From a virus, in the IMG/VR virus record IMGVR_UViG_3300014720_000016: 64,000 bases of DNA. One strand, 5' to 3'. Positions 56,685 through 63,915 of the stretch are shown piece by piece; position 1 is the first letter of the stretch; each line of letters starts with the position of its first letter. Under the pieces are notes generated by a model. That model saw only the letters and a program-made list of their open reading frames with translations. It did not search any database and was not told where the DNA came from. Made by a program: the position numbers and the translations under genes.

Positions 56685-56714
56685 ATTGCCTCCTGTGATC
56701 TGTGTGGTTTGCGG

Positions 56715-57137
56715 CTATTTGTTTGGTGCGATATTATTTTCCAGAACTGGCAGTACAAGCGTCTGCCCCAGAGTAGCGGTCTTGAAACCGAGCGCCGCCA
56801 TAATCTTCAGAAATTTTTTAGACTCTGCAATATCGCCTACATTATAGGTAGGCAGCAGCTGCGCATCTGCGATGTTGTCAAAATCATAATCGCCGTGAAA
56901 CCCGTGCCTGTTTTCGCATGGACCATTGGGCAGGCATACCCCGTGGTGATATGCCCACTTCCAGTCGGTAGTGCGCCAGCCAATATATATCCCAAAGCCC
57001 CTGCTCTCAGCAGACATTCGAGGAAACACCTCGAAGGCCGCGTGCAGTTCTTCCAGCTTGGGCCAGCGGCAACCTAGAGGTAGAAGGTTATTGATGCGCA
57101 GGATATCCCAACTCGCCGCCCAATCATTGAGTTTCAT
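56715..57137 (-). CDS. MKL family B protein
   Basis: MKLNDWA...RWPKLE...GIYIGW...WAYHH...PTYNVGDIAE. Confidence 0.72.
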   Translation of the reverse strand: MKLNDWAASWDILRINNLLPLGCRWPKLEELHAAFEVFPRMSAESRGFGIYIGWRTTDWKWAYHHGVCLPNGPCENRHGFHGDYDFDNIADAQLLPTYNVGDIAESKKFLKIMAALGFKTATLGQTLVLPVLENNIAPNK

Positions 57138-57354
57138 TGCGCTCACCCGCAGCGTCAAGCAGCTCCTCTGATCTCCACAGGGAAGATGTGATGAAGCCCG
57201 CGGCATGGCTAACAAAGCCCGCCTCCGTAAAAGTTGAGCGAAAATCCGCAAAGTCCTGGTCGCATTCAGCTAGCCCGCTGAAAGCGTCACGAAAGCGGGC
57301 GATGATATTTCGGCTAGAGATAACTGGACTACTCATGGTCGCCTCGTGTTTCAA
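57124..57354 (-). CDS. Hypothetical protein
   Basis: Operon packing. Confidence 0.45.
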   Translation of the reverse strand: MKHEATMSSPVISSRNIIARFRDAFSGLAECDQDFADFRSTFTEAGFVSHAAGFITSSLWRSEELLDAAGERNETQ

Positions 57355-57677
57355 GAAGCAAGAGCTGCATCAGCCGGATGCAGGTAAATGGTACAGCCGC
57401 TGTCCTTGCCCATGAAGATGGAATGTTCTACCAGGATAGCACCGGGGACCGGTACGTAGTCAGGAACCGACTCCCTGCCAAAAGGGGCAACAGTAGGCGG
57501 AGAAAAAACTCGGCCTTCCTGCACCACAACAAAGGTGTCGCGGCTGCCACCGTCCCAATAGGACAACAGGCGACGCGGGCGGTCGGAAATAACTACGCGA
57601 AACTTGCGACCCCTGTAGCCAGGAAAAGCGCGGCGAGCAAAAGCAGCAAGAGGATGCTTGGAATCAACACGGTCCAT
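57351..57677 (-). CDS. Phage-type hypothetical protein
   Basis: FPGYRGRKF...SYWDGGSR...EHSIFMGKD; GGAG RBS after motif copy 15. Confidence 0.7.
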   Translation of the reverse strand: MDRVDSKHPLAAFARRAFPGYRGRKFRVVISDRPRRLLSYWDGGSRDTFVVVQEGRVFSPPTVAPFGRESVPDYVPVPGAILVEHSIFMGKDSGCTIYLHPADAALAS

Positions 57678-58012
57678 CGGGTTCTCCGGGGTTGCGGGTT
57701 CGTCGGGCTGGATCGGGCGGCACCGGGTTTAGGCCCGCCCCGGTGTGCCTTCAGGATGCCAGTGCGAATAGCCGCAGCATCTGACAGCACACGCTTGTAG
57801 ACAAGCATCTCGGGCGCATCATCGGGCACGTCATCATGGACCAGTGATGCAGGTACTGAGGAGTAAGCAGACGGCTCGTCGCCATGACGCAGGATTACTG
57901 AGCCTCCCAATACCGAGCGCCAACAATACCAGCCATCTACTTCTTCTCCGTCGAGCAGGTAGTGCCCAGTGAAAAGGCAATAGATGCAGTCGTGACGATA
58001 CTTCGGTTGCAT
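57593..58012 (-). CDS. Hypothetical protein whose frame runs through motif copy 15
   Basis: MQPKYRHDC..C; the C-terminal ~50 aa translate the motif and overlap the next gene. Confidence 0.55.
   Translation of the reverse strand: MQPKYRHDCIYCLFTGHYLLDGEEVDGWYCWRSVLGGSVILRHGDEPSAYSSVPASLVHDDVPDDAPEMLVYKRVLSDAAAIRTGILKAHRGGPKPGAARSSPTNPQPRRTRWTVLIPSILLLLLLAALFLATGVASFA
57710..57741 (-). promoter_or_regulatory. 32-bp element, copy 15
   Basis: GGGGCGGGCC TAAA CCCGGTGCCG CCCGATCC. Confidence 0.75.
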
Positions 58013-58287
58013 TACTTCCTCCTTTCATTTCCAACGAGCACATTCCCGCGCCACAGATATGAACCGCCGATGTCCGCGGCAAAGCCCCAGTCATTTACCC
58101 AGGAAATATATCCGCCCTCCTTCAGGTAAATAATTATCTCAGGGCCTGTCGGATCAATATCTCCTACTCGGAACCCGTACCCACTGAAGTCAATCTGCCG
58201 TTCAAAATAGCGGGCTACCAACTGGGCAGCCTCAAGCCAGCGCCGATCTAGCAGAGCCTCGCGCACAGCATAGTCTTCTAGCTTCAT
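58012..58287 (-). CDS. MKL family A protein
   Basis: MKLEDYAVREALLDRRWLEAA...RYFE; GPEIII; ISWVNDWGF. Confidence 0.75.
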   Translation of the reverse strand: MKLEDYAVREALLDRRWLEAAQLVARYFERQIDFSGYGFRVGDIDPTGPEIIIYLKEGGYISWVNDWGFAADIGGSYLWRGNVLVGNERRK

Positions 58288-58676
58288 CAATCATACCAGC
58301 AGTACAGGTGATTCTTCTCTACAACAAGATCATCAGCTTCAGCAAACGCAGCCCTGAACCTACGAACCAGTTCATCTGTAACGGGGCCATTATAATCCAG
58401 CCCCTCAATGCTTGTGCGGCAGTCCGGGCGTGAATAGTGGACCGCGTAGCCGTGCGCAAGCATACCTGGATGCGCTGTCATAAAATCCAGAAATTCTGCA
58501 ATGCTTGGCGAGGCATTCTGGCACTCAGCAGGATCTGCATGGCCGCCATCAATAAGAGCCCGCAGCCGTTCGGCATCGAGCCCGTCAAAGTGACAGATGC
58601 CACCACCATACTCAGACCCGGACGGAATACGCAGCAGGGCGTCGCGGTCGAGCTGCTTCACACCTTTGAGCTTCAT
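58287..58676 (-). CDS. Hypothetical protein, MKL-start
   Basis: QNASPS...HGY...EG...CWYD. Confidence 0.65.
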   Translation of the reverse strand: MKLKGVKQLDRDALLRIPSGSEYGGGICHFDGLDAERLRALIDGGHADPAECQNASPSIAEFLDFMTAHPGMLAHGYAVHYSRPDCRTSIEGLDYNGPVTDELVRRFRAAFAEADDLVVEKNHLYCWYD

Positions 58677-58695
58677 AGCTTTTCCTTGGAAGGGA

Positions 58696-59004
58696 TTACC
58701 AAAAACGCCACCACGGTTTGCGGGACAAGCCTAGCGCAATAGGGGCGGCTGAACTTGCAGGAGGAGTAGGGGGAACGGGAACTGCATCAGTGTAGCTAGG
58801 CGCAGGCACTGTTGCCAGGCGCAGACGATCTCGCAGCAGCGCATTTACCACGGCAACGTGGTGTTCGGGTGCTATGCCGGAGAGATCGAACTCGCCGTTT
58901 GCGGTGCCTACTATGCTGCCGTGGCTGGTGATAACAATAAAGTTTTCTATCACCACCTTGCCTGTACCGGGCACCGTGAGTGATGGCCCGTTAGTAACTA
59001 TCAC
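58696..59004 (-). CDS. Hypothetical protein with KPWWRFW tail
   Basis: GTGA-coupled start. Confidence 0.55.
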   Translation of the reverse strand: MIVTNGPSLTVPGTGKVVIENFIVITSHGSIVGTANGEFDLSGIAPEHHVAVVNALLRDRLRLATVPAPSYTDAVPVPPTPPASSAAPIALGLSRKPWWRFW

Positions 59005-59246
59005 GGCAGACCCTGCTCGGCCTTTGCGGCATTGTAGATCGCAGTCATATCCGCAAGAATCTTTTCTTTGCTGCCGCGCAGACCGAACTCGCGTCGTGCG
59101 ATGGTGAAGCACGAAGGGGCTTTTGCAGTAAGGCGCATACCGAGCAGTTCCAGCTTCATGCCCCGGACAATAGTGCCGAGGCGGAAAAGGGCAACGCCGT
59201 CAGCACCACTGAAAACAACTGCTGACTTGCTAACTTCAACTGGCAT
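59001..59246 (-). CDS. Hypothetical protein
   Basis: Start MPVEVS with GGAG RBS, after motif copy 16. Confidence 0.6.
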   Translation of the reverse strand: MPVEVSKSAVVFSGADGVALFRLGTIVRGMKLELLGMRLTAKAPSCFTIARREFGLRGSKEKILADMTAIYNAAKAEQGLP

Positions 59247-59292
59247 GGTTACTCCGTTTTGTTTTGCCCGATGGGCCGGGCGGCACCCTCCG

Positions 59293-59324
59293 GGATCGGG
59301 CGGCACCGGCCTTAGGCCCGCCCC
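59293..59324 (-). promoter_or_regulatory. 32-bp element, copy 16
   Basis: GGGGCGGGCC TAAG GCCGGTGCCG CCCGATCC. Confidence 0.7.
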
Positions 59325-59376
59325 GGCATAGCTGCTGTCGGCCTGGCAGCGCATTCGATTTCAAATCCACCTAGCT

Positions 59377-59682
59377 TCATGGCGCCCAGTCCACATCTGC
59401 CCATATGGTAGCCCTCGTTCTATCGGAAAAGAGAGTTTCATACTGCATCAGTTCTCGCTTGTAAAAGCACTTGTAAAAGCAAGAGTCATCTTCTTCCCAG
59501 ACATAGACAACGTCCCCTACGCGCACCTCTATCTCGCGGCAAGGCTCACATACTCTTTTGATGGCTGTGCATGAGGATAAATCTGGAAAAGTTACTCCGA
59601 AGTGCTGCTCCATTATCCTGAGAGCACCAGCCCAATCGCACTCGTCCAAGGCGCAGCGGATCGCATAACCCTCAAGCTTCAT
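59377..59682 (-). CDS. MKL family A protein (array)
   Basis: MKLEGYAIRCALDECDWAGA...QHFG; YVW. Confidence 0.78.
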   Translation of the reverse strand: MKLEGYAIRCALDECDWAGALRIMEQHFGVTFPDLSSCTAIKRVCEPCREIEVRVGDVVYVWEEDDSCFYKCFYKRELMQYETLFSDRTRATIWADVDWAP

Positions 59683-59694
59683 CGCGCCTCCAAC

Positions 59695-59967
59695 CTAAGA
59701 AGTGCTGGGCATATAGATGTTGATGACAATACCTGCATTATACCAAGCCGTGCCCCTATAGAAGCCCCTGCCCTCTCTCCACGAATAGCAGTCCCTGCCG
59801 GCTCCAGTCCAAATCTCTACCTCGGGGACAAACATGGAGTCCACCAGCAGATCCAGACGGCAGTCATCAGGTATCGCAATTTGAAAATGATCCGCTAGTG
59901 CAGCAGCAGCTCCTCGCCAGTCACCAGCTCCTAGGCGATCAGCGACCAGGTAGTCCGCTAGCTTCAT
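59695..59967 (-). CDS. MKL family A protein (array)
   Basis: MKLADYLVADRLGAGDWRGAA...DHFQ; YSWREGRGFY. Confidence 0.78.
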   Translation of the reverse strand: MKLADYLVADRLGAGDWRGAAAALADHFQIAIPDDCRLDLLVDSMFVPEVEIWTGAGRDCYSWREGRGFYRGTAWYNAGIVINIYMPSTS

Positions 59968-60236
59968 CGCGTAAATATCCTGGCCAATGGTTTATCTACA
60001 AGAACAGACTGGCGACTCCAGAAACCATCGTATTCTTCCCACACATAGCGATAGCCGTCAGCCAGTATATTAACTTCTAGTGGCGAGCCGTCGCCCGTGA
60101 AGGGCTGCCCGGTTTCAAGAACGCTAAAGGGTAGGGCCGAGAATGGCTGGCCAAAATGATCTGACATTATGCGCAGGACTCGTGGCCAGTCCTTGTCGCC
60201 AAAAGCGATCAGCATTTCTGCGGCAGCCAGCTTCAC
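59964..60236 (-). CDS. MKL family A protein (array, GTG start)
   Basis: KLAAAEMLIAFGDKDWP...DHFG; YVWEEYDGFW. Confidence 0.78.
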   Translation of the reverse strand: MKLAAAEMLIAFGDKDWPRVLRIMSDHFGQPFSALPFSVLETGQPFTGDGSPLEVNILADGYRYVWEEYDGFWSRQSVLVDKPLARIFTR

Positions 60237-60523
60237 ATACGCTCCCAAATGTCAAATGCTTGGAAATATTTATACAGTGTGCCGGCATCCCTTGGGCCGT
60301 CAAAACCGCTTGTGCTATACCAGTAATATTTCGTATTGCGATGCACTACAATGATGGCGCACTTGAGAGTATCGTCCGGCGGCAGTCTGTTGATGGCCGG
60401 GCTAATGCTACGAGTTACCTCGGCAATCCCCGGCGCGCAGAAGTGCTCGGCCAAGATACTGCCTGCTGTTACATAATCGGCATCGTTCATAGCGCACAGC
60501 ATTTTATAGGATAATAGCTTCAT
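60233..60523 (-). CDS. MKL family A protein (array)
   Basis: MKLLSYKMLCAMNDADY...EHFC; YYWYSTSGF. Confidence 0.78.
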   Translation of the reverse strand: MKLLSYKMLCAMNDADYVTAGSILAEHFCAPGIAEVTRSISPAINRLPPDDTLKCAIIVVHRNTKYYWYSTSGFDGPRDAGTLYKYFQAFDIWERM

Positions 60524-60786
60524 GGAACTTTACCCCATATAGCTATCCACTCATTATCATGTCCTGCTTTTACGCTATATCGCGCATCGGGATGCCAGAC
60601 GTAAACACGGCCTGCTCTAGCGATCCGCACCTGATTATTGGTTGCCTTACGAATGCTCATGTCCAGAATGGCGGGCGAGGCAGCGTCGAAACCCTCTAGG
60701 TTAAACACATCAGCGACTGCATTGGCTGCCGTTAGCCAGTCGCCGCGCTCTATCGAATCGCGCACAACCCAGTCCCGTAGCTTCAT
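60520..60786 (-). CDS. MKL family A protein (array)
   Basis: MKLRDWVVRDSIERGDWLTAA...DVFN; YVW. Confidence 0.78.
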   Translation of the reverse strand: MKLRDWVVRDSIERGDWLTAANAVADVFNLEGFDAASPAILDMSIRKATNNQVRIARAGRVYVWHPDARYSVKAGHDNEWIAIWGKVP

Positions 60787-60794
60787 GCTCTGCC

Positions 60795-61100
60795 TCACGG
60801 TACGAAAAACATTACGCTGATTCTGCTAGCACCAGGCGGATCATGTACGACTGCCCCGAAGCCTACACTCTCAGTCCAATAGTATTTGTGTCCACAACAG
60901 CGCACCGCAACCTGGCGTGATATCTTCGGGAAAGAGGAAGCCATTCCATAAGTAATCACATACCGCCCCCGATGACAGAAGTCTGCAAGTTCTTGCCGGA
61001 CATTGGCGGGCAGGTCGAAGTGATGCGCTAGGGCTGCTACTGCTGCCGCATAGTTTTGTTCCGCCAAGGCGGATATGATCGGATAGTCCTCAAGTTTCAC
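60795..61100 (-). CDS. MKL family A protein (array, GTG start)
   Basis: KLEDYPIISALAEQNYAAA...HHFD; YYWTESVGF. Confidence 0.78.
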   Translation of the reverse strand: MKLEDYPIISALAEQNYAAAVAALAHHFDLPANVRQELADFCHRGRYVITYGMASSFPKISRQVAVRCCGHKYYWTESVGFGAVVHDPPGASRISVMFFVP

Positions 61101-61386
61101 GGCAGTCCCCATCTAGCGGAGCCCATATGTAAATCGCATCATGCGTGCCCCACCAGATGTGAGTCTTGCCGCTAACCCAGGTAAAGGTTTTGCCTTGATA
61201 GCAAATCTTTATTTGTGGCGGGATGCTTTGGCCGGGAATCCTGCTATCCTGTATTCGCGCTTGCAGTACCATGTCGTGCGATGGCGGCAGTCGGTGCAAG
61301 CCGAATAGATCACAGGCTGCGTCAATAGCGGCCGTCCAGTCATGCCTGGCAAGGGCGTCCGCTATTGCCCAGCTATCGAGTTTCAT
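61090..61386 (-). CDS. MKL family A protein (array)
   Basis: MKLDSWAIADALARHDWTAA...DLFG; FTW. Confidence 0.78.
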   Translation of the reverse strand: MKLDSWAIADALARHDWTAAIDAACDLFGLHRLPPSHDMVLQARIQDSRIPGQSIPPQIKICYQGKTFTWVSGKTHIWWGTHDAIYIWAPLDGDCRET

Positions 61387-61672
61387 GGCGCCTATGATGT
61401 ACTACGAACGCGCTATCACCGAGCGTAGTGCCATACTGGGAAAAGCTCCCATCGTCTGCCCAGAAATAATTCATATAGTTGAAGCGCAACCCGAGCATGT
61501 AGTAGGGCTTGTCTTTTTTTACCACAAGGAAATCTGGGCGGGTGGCAATAGCTAGCCGCACCCCTGCTCGCGCAGTATCCGGCAGATCGAAATGCTCCAT
61601 AAGGATCTCTAGTGCTGCCTCGTAGTTCTCGCCTTGAATGGCGGAGAGTATAGCGTAATTATTTAGCTTCAT
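61373..61672 (-). CDS. MKL family A protein (array)
   Basis: MKLNNYAILSAIQGENYEAA...EHFD; YFWADDGSF. Confidence 0.78.
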   Translation of the reverse strand: MKLNNYAILSAIQGENYEAALEILMEHFDLPDTARAGVRLAIATRPDFLVVKKDKPYYMLGLRFNYMNYFWADDGSFSQYGTTLGDSAFVVHHRRHETR

Positions 61673-61989
61673 GATATTCTATAGGCGTGTTCGTGATAGA
61701 GTGGTCTGTCTATGTATGCGCGATTCGTGGCCATACTAGTCCGCATTACACTAAAGCCGTTGCCTTTTTTCCAGAAGTATGCTGTGCCGTTATGGCGTAG
61801 AGTAAAAGTTGCATAAGGAAAAAATCCCTCGTAACTGGAATCCACATAGTCCGCTCGGCTATCGTACAGGCTTGCGATCTCGCGGGCCTCGCGATCTGAC
61901 AGGTTGAAGTAGCCTATAACTATGCTTATGGCCATTCGCCAGTCGCGGGAATCTAATGCATCTGCCATAAGCCACGAGTCCAGCTTCAT
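61669..61989 (-). CDS. MKL family A protein (array)
   Basis: MKLDSWLMADALDSRDWRMA...GYFN; YFWKKGNGF. Confidence 0.78.
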   Translation of the reverse strand: MKLDSWLMADALDSRDWRMAISIVIGYFNLSDREAREIASLYDSRADYVDSSYEGFFPYATFTLRHNGTAYFWKKGNGFSVMRTSMATNRAYIDRPLYHEHAYRIS

Positions 61990-62186
61990 GCGCTGCCCTC
62001 GCTGCCCTCCTGCTTATCGGGCTTGCCGTGAGAGGCACCAGACATATAAGCTGCTGTCAGGGCTGCTCGAATCTCCCAGACCGCGAGATCATGGAAGTCC
62101 AGAGCATCGCTACGTCGGGTTTGCAGCGTGGCAACCCCGAGATATTCTTTTGCAATCCGCTCGATCTCTTCGGAAATGTTTGCCAT
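61986..62186 (-). CDS. DUF6900-like small protein
   Basis: IA..YLG..TLQTRRSDALDFHDLAVW.IRAAL.AAY..G. Confidence 0.7.
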   Translation of the reverse strand: MANISEEIERIAKEYLGVATLQTRRSDALDFHDLAVWEIRAALTAAYMSGASHGKPDKQEGSEGSA

Positions 62187-62194
62187 AGTGCACC

Positions 62195-62494
62195 TCATAA
62201 TTTTATTTCTAGTTGCAGGTCAATCGCCAGCGGGCAGTAGATCGCGCACCACGGCTTGGTAATAGGATAGGAACGCGGCTCTTCATAAAAGCCTTCATCG
62301 TTATCCCACCAATAACTGCGCATCTCCGGCATCTGAATAAAGGATTGCCGCAGGCCGGGGAATGCTACTGGGCGCTTCACATCTGCCCGGATCAAAGTAA
62401 TACCCAGCCCGAAGTGGTCCGACATAAGCCGGACTACAGCAGGCCAATCTCCGGCGTCAAACGCCGTGTTCATCAGGTAGGTTGCCAGCTTCAT
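62195..62494 (-). CDS. MKL family A protein
   Basis: MKLATYLMNTAFDAGDWPAVVRLMSDHFG; YWWDNDEGFY. Confidence 0.78.
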   Translation of the reverse strand: MKLATYLMNTAFDAGDWPAVVRLMSDHFGLGITLIRADVKRPVAFPGLRQSFIQMPEMRSYWWDNDEGFYEEPRSYPITKPWCAIYCPLAIDLQLEIKL

Positions 62495-62915
62495 CCTTGG
62501 AAATATCCCAGTAAAAATCTTTAAGCATCTCAGCAGGACCTATTAGGCGGAGACGCATAGTGCTCGCGGTCGCAATCCTGGCTAGGTTTTGCGGACCAAC
62601 AATCAGGGTGGCTAGGTCGACTAGGTTTGTAGCTACCGCAGCATCCAGCTTCGCGACGTAGCGCGGTCTATTGTACCAGTAAATAAAAACCTTGAATGCT
62701 TCGGGAGCTGGTTCTGCACGAGGTGCCCAGCCCATGATACGGCGAGCCGAGTTCGTGCGATTGATTGCGGCATTGCAACCGGCAAACCACGACAGCGCCG
62801 CTTCGGTTCTATGGCCATCTATTGCTGCCGGAGCCAGATTATTGCCTGCTATAAAAGCGGCAAAGTTATCCTGTAACACTTGCAGGCGGAACTCGGGCAT
62901 GGAGTGCAGCTTCAT
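62457..62915 (-). CDS. MKL family C protein
   Basis: Aligns with 54508. Confidence 0.65.
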   Translation of the reverse strand: MKLHSMPEFRLQVLQDNFAAFIAGNNLAPAAIDGHRTEAALSWFAGCNAAINRTNSARRIMGWAPRAEPAPEAFKVFIYWYNRPRYVAKLDAAVATNLVDLATLIVGPQNLARIATASTMRLRLIGPAEMLKDFYWDISKDEAGNLPDEHGV

Positions 62916-62917
62916 GG

Positions 62918-63118
62918 TTACTCGATTGCCTCACGCTGGAAAATACCCATCCACTGGGTACCGCCGGTATAGTCATCGCCGTGGCAAGCCTTGTCTTCCC
63001 AAGGCCATTCCGCAAACCGGGCATCTGCAAAACGGCGAGCAGCAGCATAACTAGCAGCGATCTCAATAATGCGGCCTTCGCGGGCAGCATCACCTGCCTC
63101 TACTACCCATACTGTCAT
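62918..63118 (-). CDS. Hypothetical protein
   Basis: ATGA-coupled. Confidence 0.55.
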   Translation of the reverse strand: MTVWVVEAGDAAREGRIIEIAASYAAARRFADARFAEWPWEDKACHGDDYTGGTQWMGIFQREAIE

Positions 63119-63432
63119 GGCATTCTCCTGTAAGGAACTCTGCCTTCTACTACAATTAACTTGGCTGGCTTGGCTGGCACCGTGATGACCCGCGCTCCAC
63201 CAGTAAGGCGCAGGAATAGAGATCCATCTACACAGGTGAATACAACCGTGTCGTGCGGCGGGCCAAGGCGAACGTGCACACGAAACCAGTAGCTAGCGGG
63301 CCAGTAACTAATATCCCAGCCTTCAGCCGCGCCAAAGTCCTGCCTTGGAAAGTGGCGGGAGAATATTTGCAGAATCCTGGCAACATCGCCTGCCCGTGCT
63401 GCGTCCTCTATATCCCAGGCTTCTAGCTTCAT
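63115..63432 (-). CDS. MKL family A protein
   Basis: MKLEAWDIEDAARAGDVARILQIFSRHFP. Confidence 0.72.
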   Translation of the reverse strand: MKLEAWDIEDAARAGDVARILQIFSRHFPRQDFGAAEGWDISYWPASYWFRVHVRLGPPHDTVVFTCVDGSLFLRLTGGARVITVPAKPAKLIVVEGRVPYRRMP

Positions 63433-63439
63433 GCTGGCC

Positions 63440-63844
63440 TCAGAAAAGGGTAAGGCGGTATCTGCGGTTGTCGATATGGATTACGCCATTGTGATAGGTC
63501 TCATCGGCAGAACAAACTCCGCCATGCTGCATGGCACCGATAACAACAATATGCTCGCGGGCAACGCTAGTAGCCAGCCGCAGGGTAAGTTCTAGGATGG
63601 CAGAAAACGCAACATTCTGTTCAGTGCCAAAGTCAATCGTGAAGGCATTAGCTACCGTTAGTACGCTACCGCTGCGCCGCAGCGGGTAGTCGAGGCGATC
63701 AGCAACCCGCCTAACACCCACATCCTGCCTAACTGCATTTAGCTCAGCGAGCCAGATGTCGTCCAGATAATAGTCAATGCCTTCTTTCATGGCATAGAGG
63801 TTATGTAGTAGCTGCTTGTCCGATTGCTGAAGAAATGAACTCAT
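63440..63844 (-). CDS. Hypothetical protein
   Basis: First gene after motif copy 17. Confidence 0.6.
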   Translation of the reverse strand: MSSFLQQSDKQLLHNLYAMKEGIDYYLDDIWLAELNAVRQDVGVRRVADRLDYPLRRSGSVLTVANAFTIDFGTEQNVAFSAILELTLRLATSVAREHIVVIGAMQHGGVCSADETYHNGVIHIDNRRYRLTLF

Positions 63845-63883
63845 GGCTTCTCACTTTGTTGGTTGCTCCGGGGTTGCTGCTGC

Positions 63884-63915
63884 GGATCGGGCGGGGCCCG
63901 GTTTAGCGCCGGGCC
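63884..63915 (-). promoter_or_regulatory. 32-bp element, copy 17
   Basis: GGCCCGGCGC TAAA CCGGGCCCCG CCCGATCC. Confidence 0.7.

Noticed and set aside
7350-59354. Apparent shared peptide GPKPGP/GGAGFRP in several ORFs (6780, 9655, 57593, 59001 extensions)
   Set aside because: It is just the translation of the 32-bp DNA motif in over-extended ORFs; starts were moved downstream where an RBS was visible.
59377-61989. MKL array as a product of a diversity-generating retroelement
   Set aside because: No reverse transcriptase, no near-identical TR/VR pair, and divergence is not adenine-specific.
556-63054. Most + strand ORFs in the track (e.g. 5114, 43276, 44487)
   Set aside because: They are antisense shadows of well-supported minus-strand genes. 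Only 25476 and 47275-51321 were kept.
679-63915. 32-bp repeats as a CRISPR array
   Set aside because: Copies are kilobases apart, separated by whole genes and too variable; no cas genes are present.
679-63915. 32-bp repeats as integron attC sites or REP elements
   Set aside because: There are no RYYYAAC/GTTRRRY ends, no integrase in the window and several genes between copies. Strict orientation and box spacing fit a promoter better.
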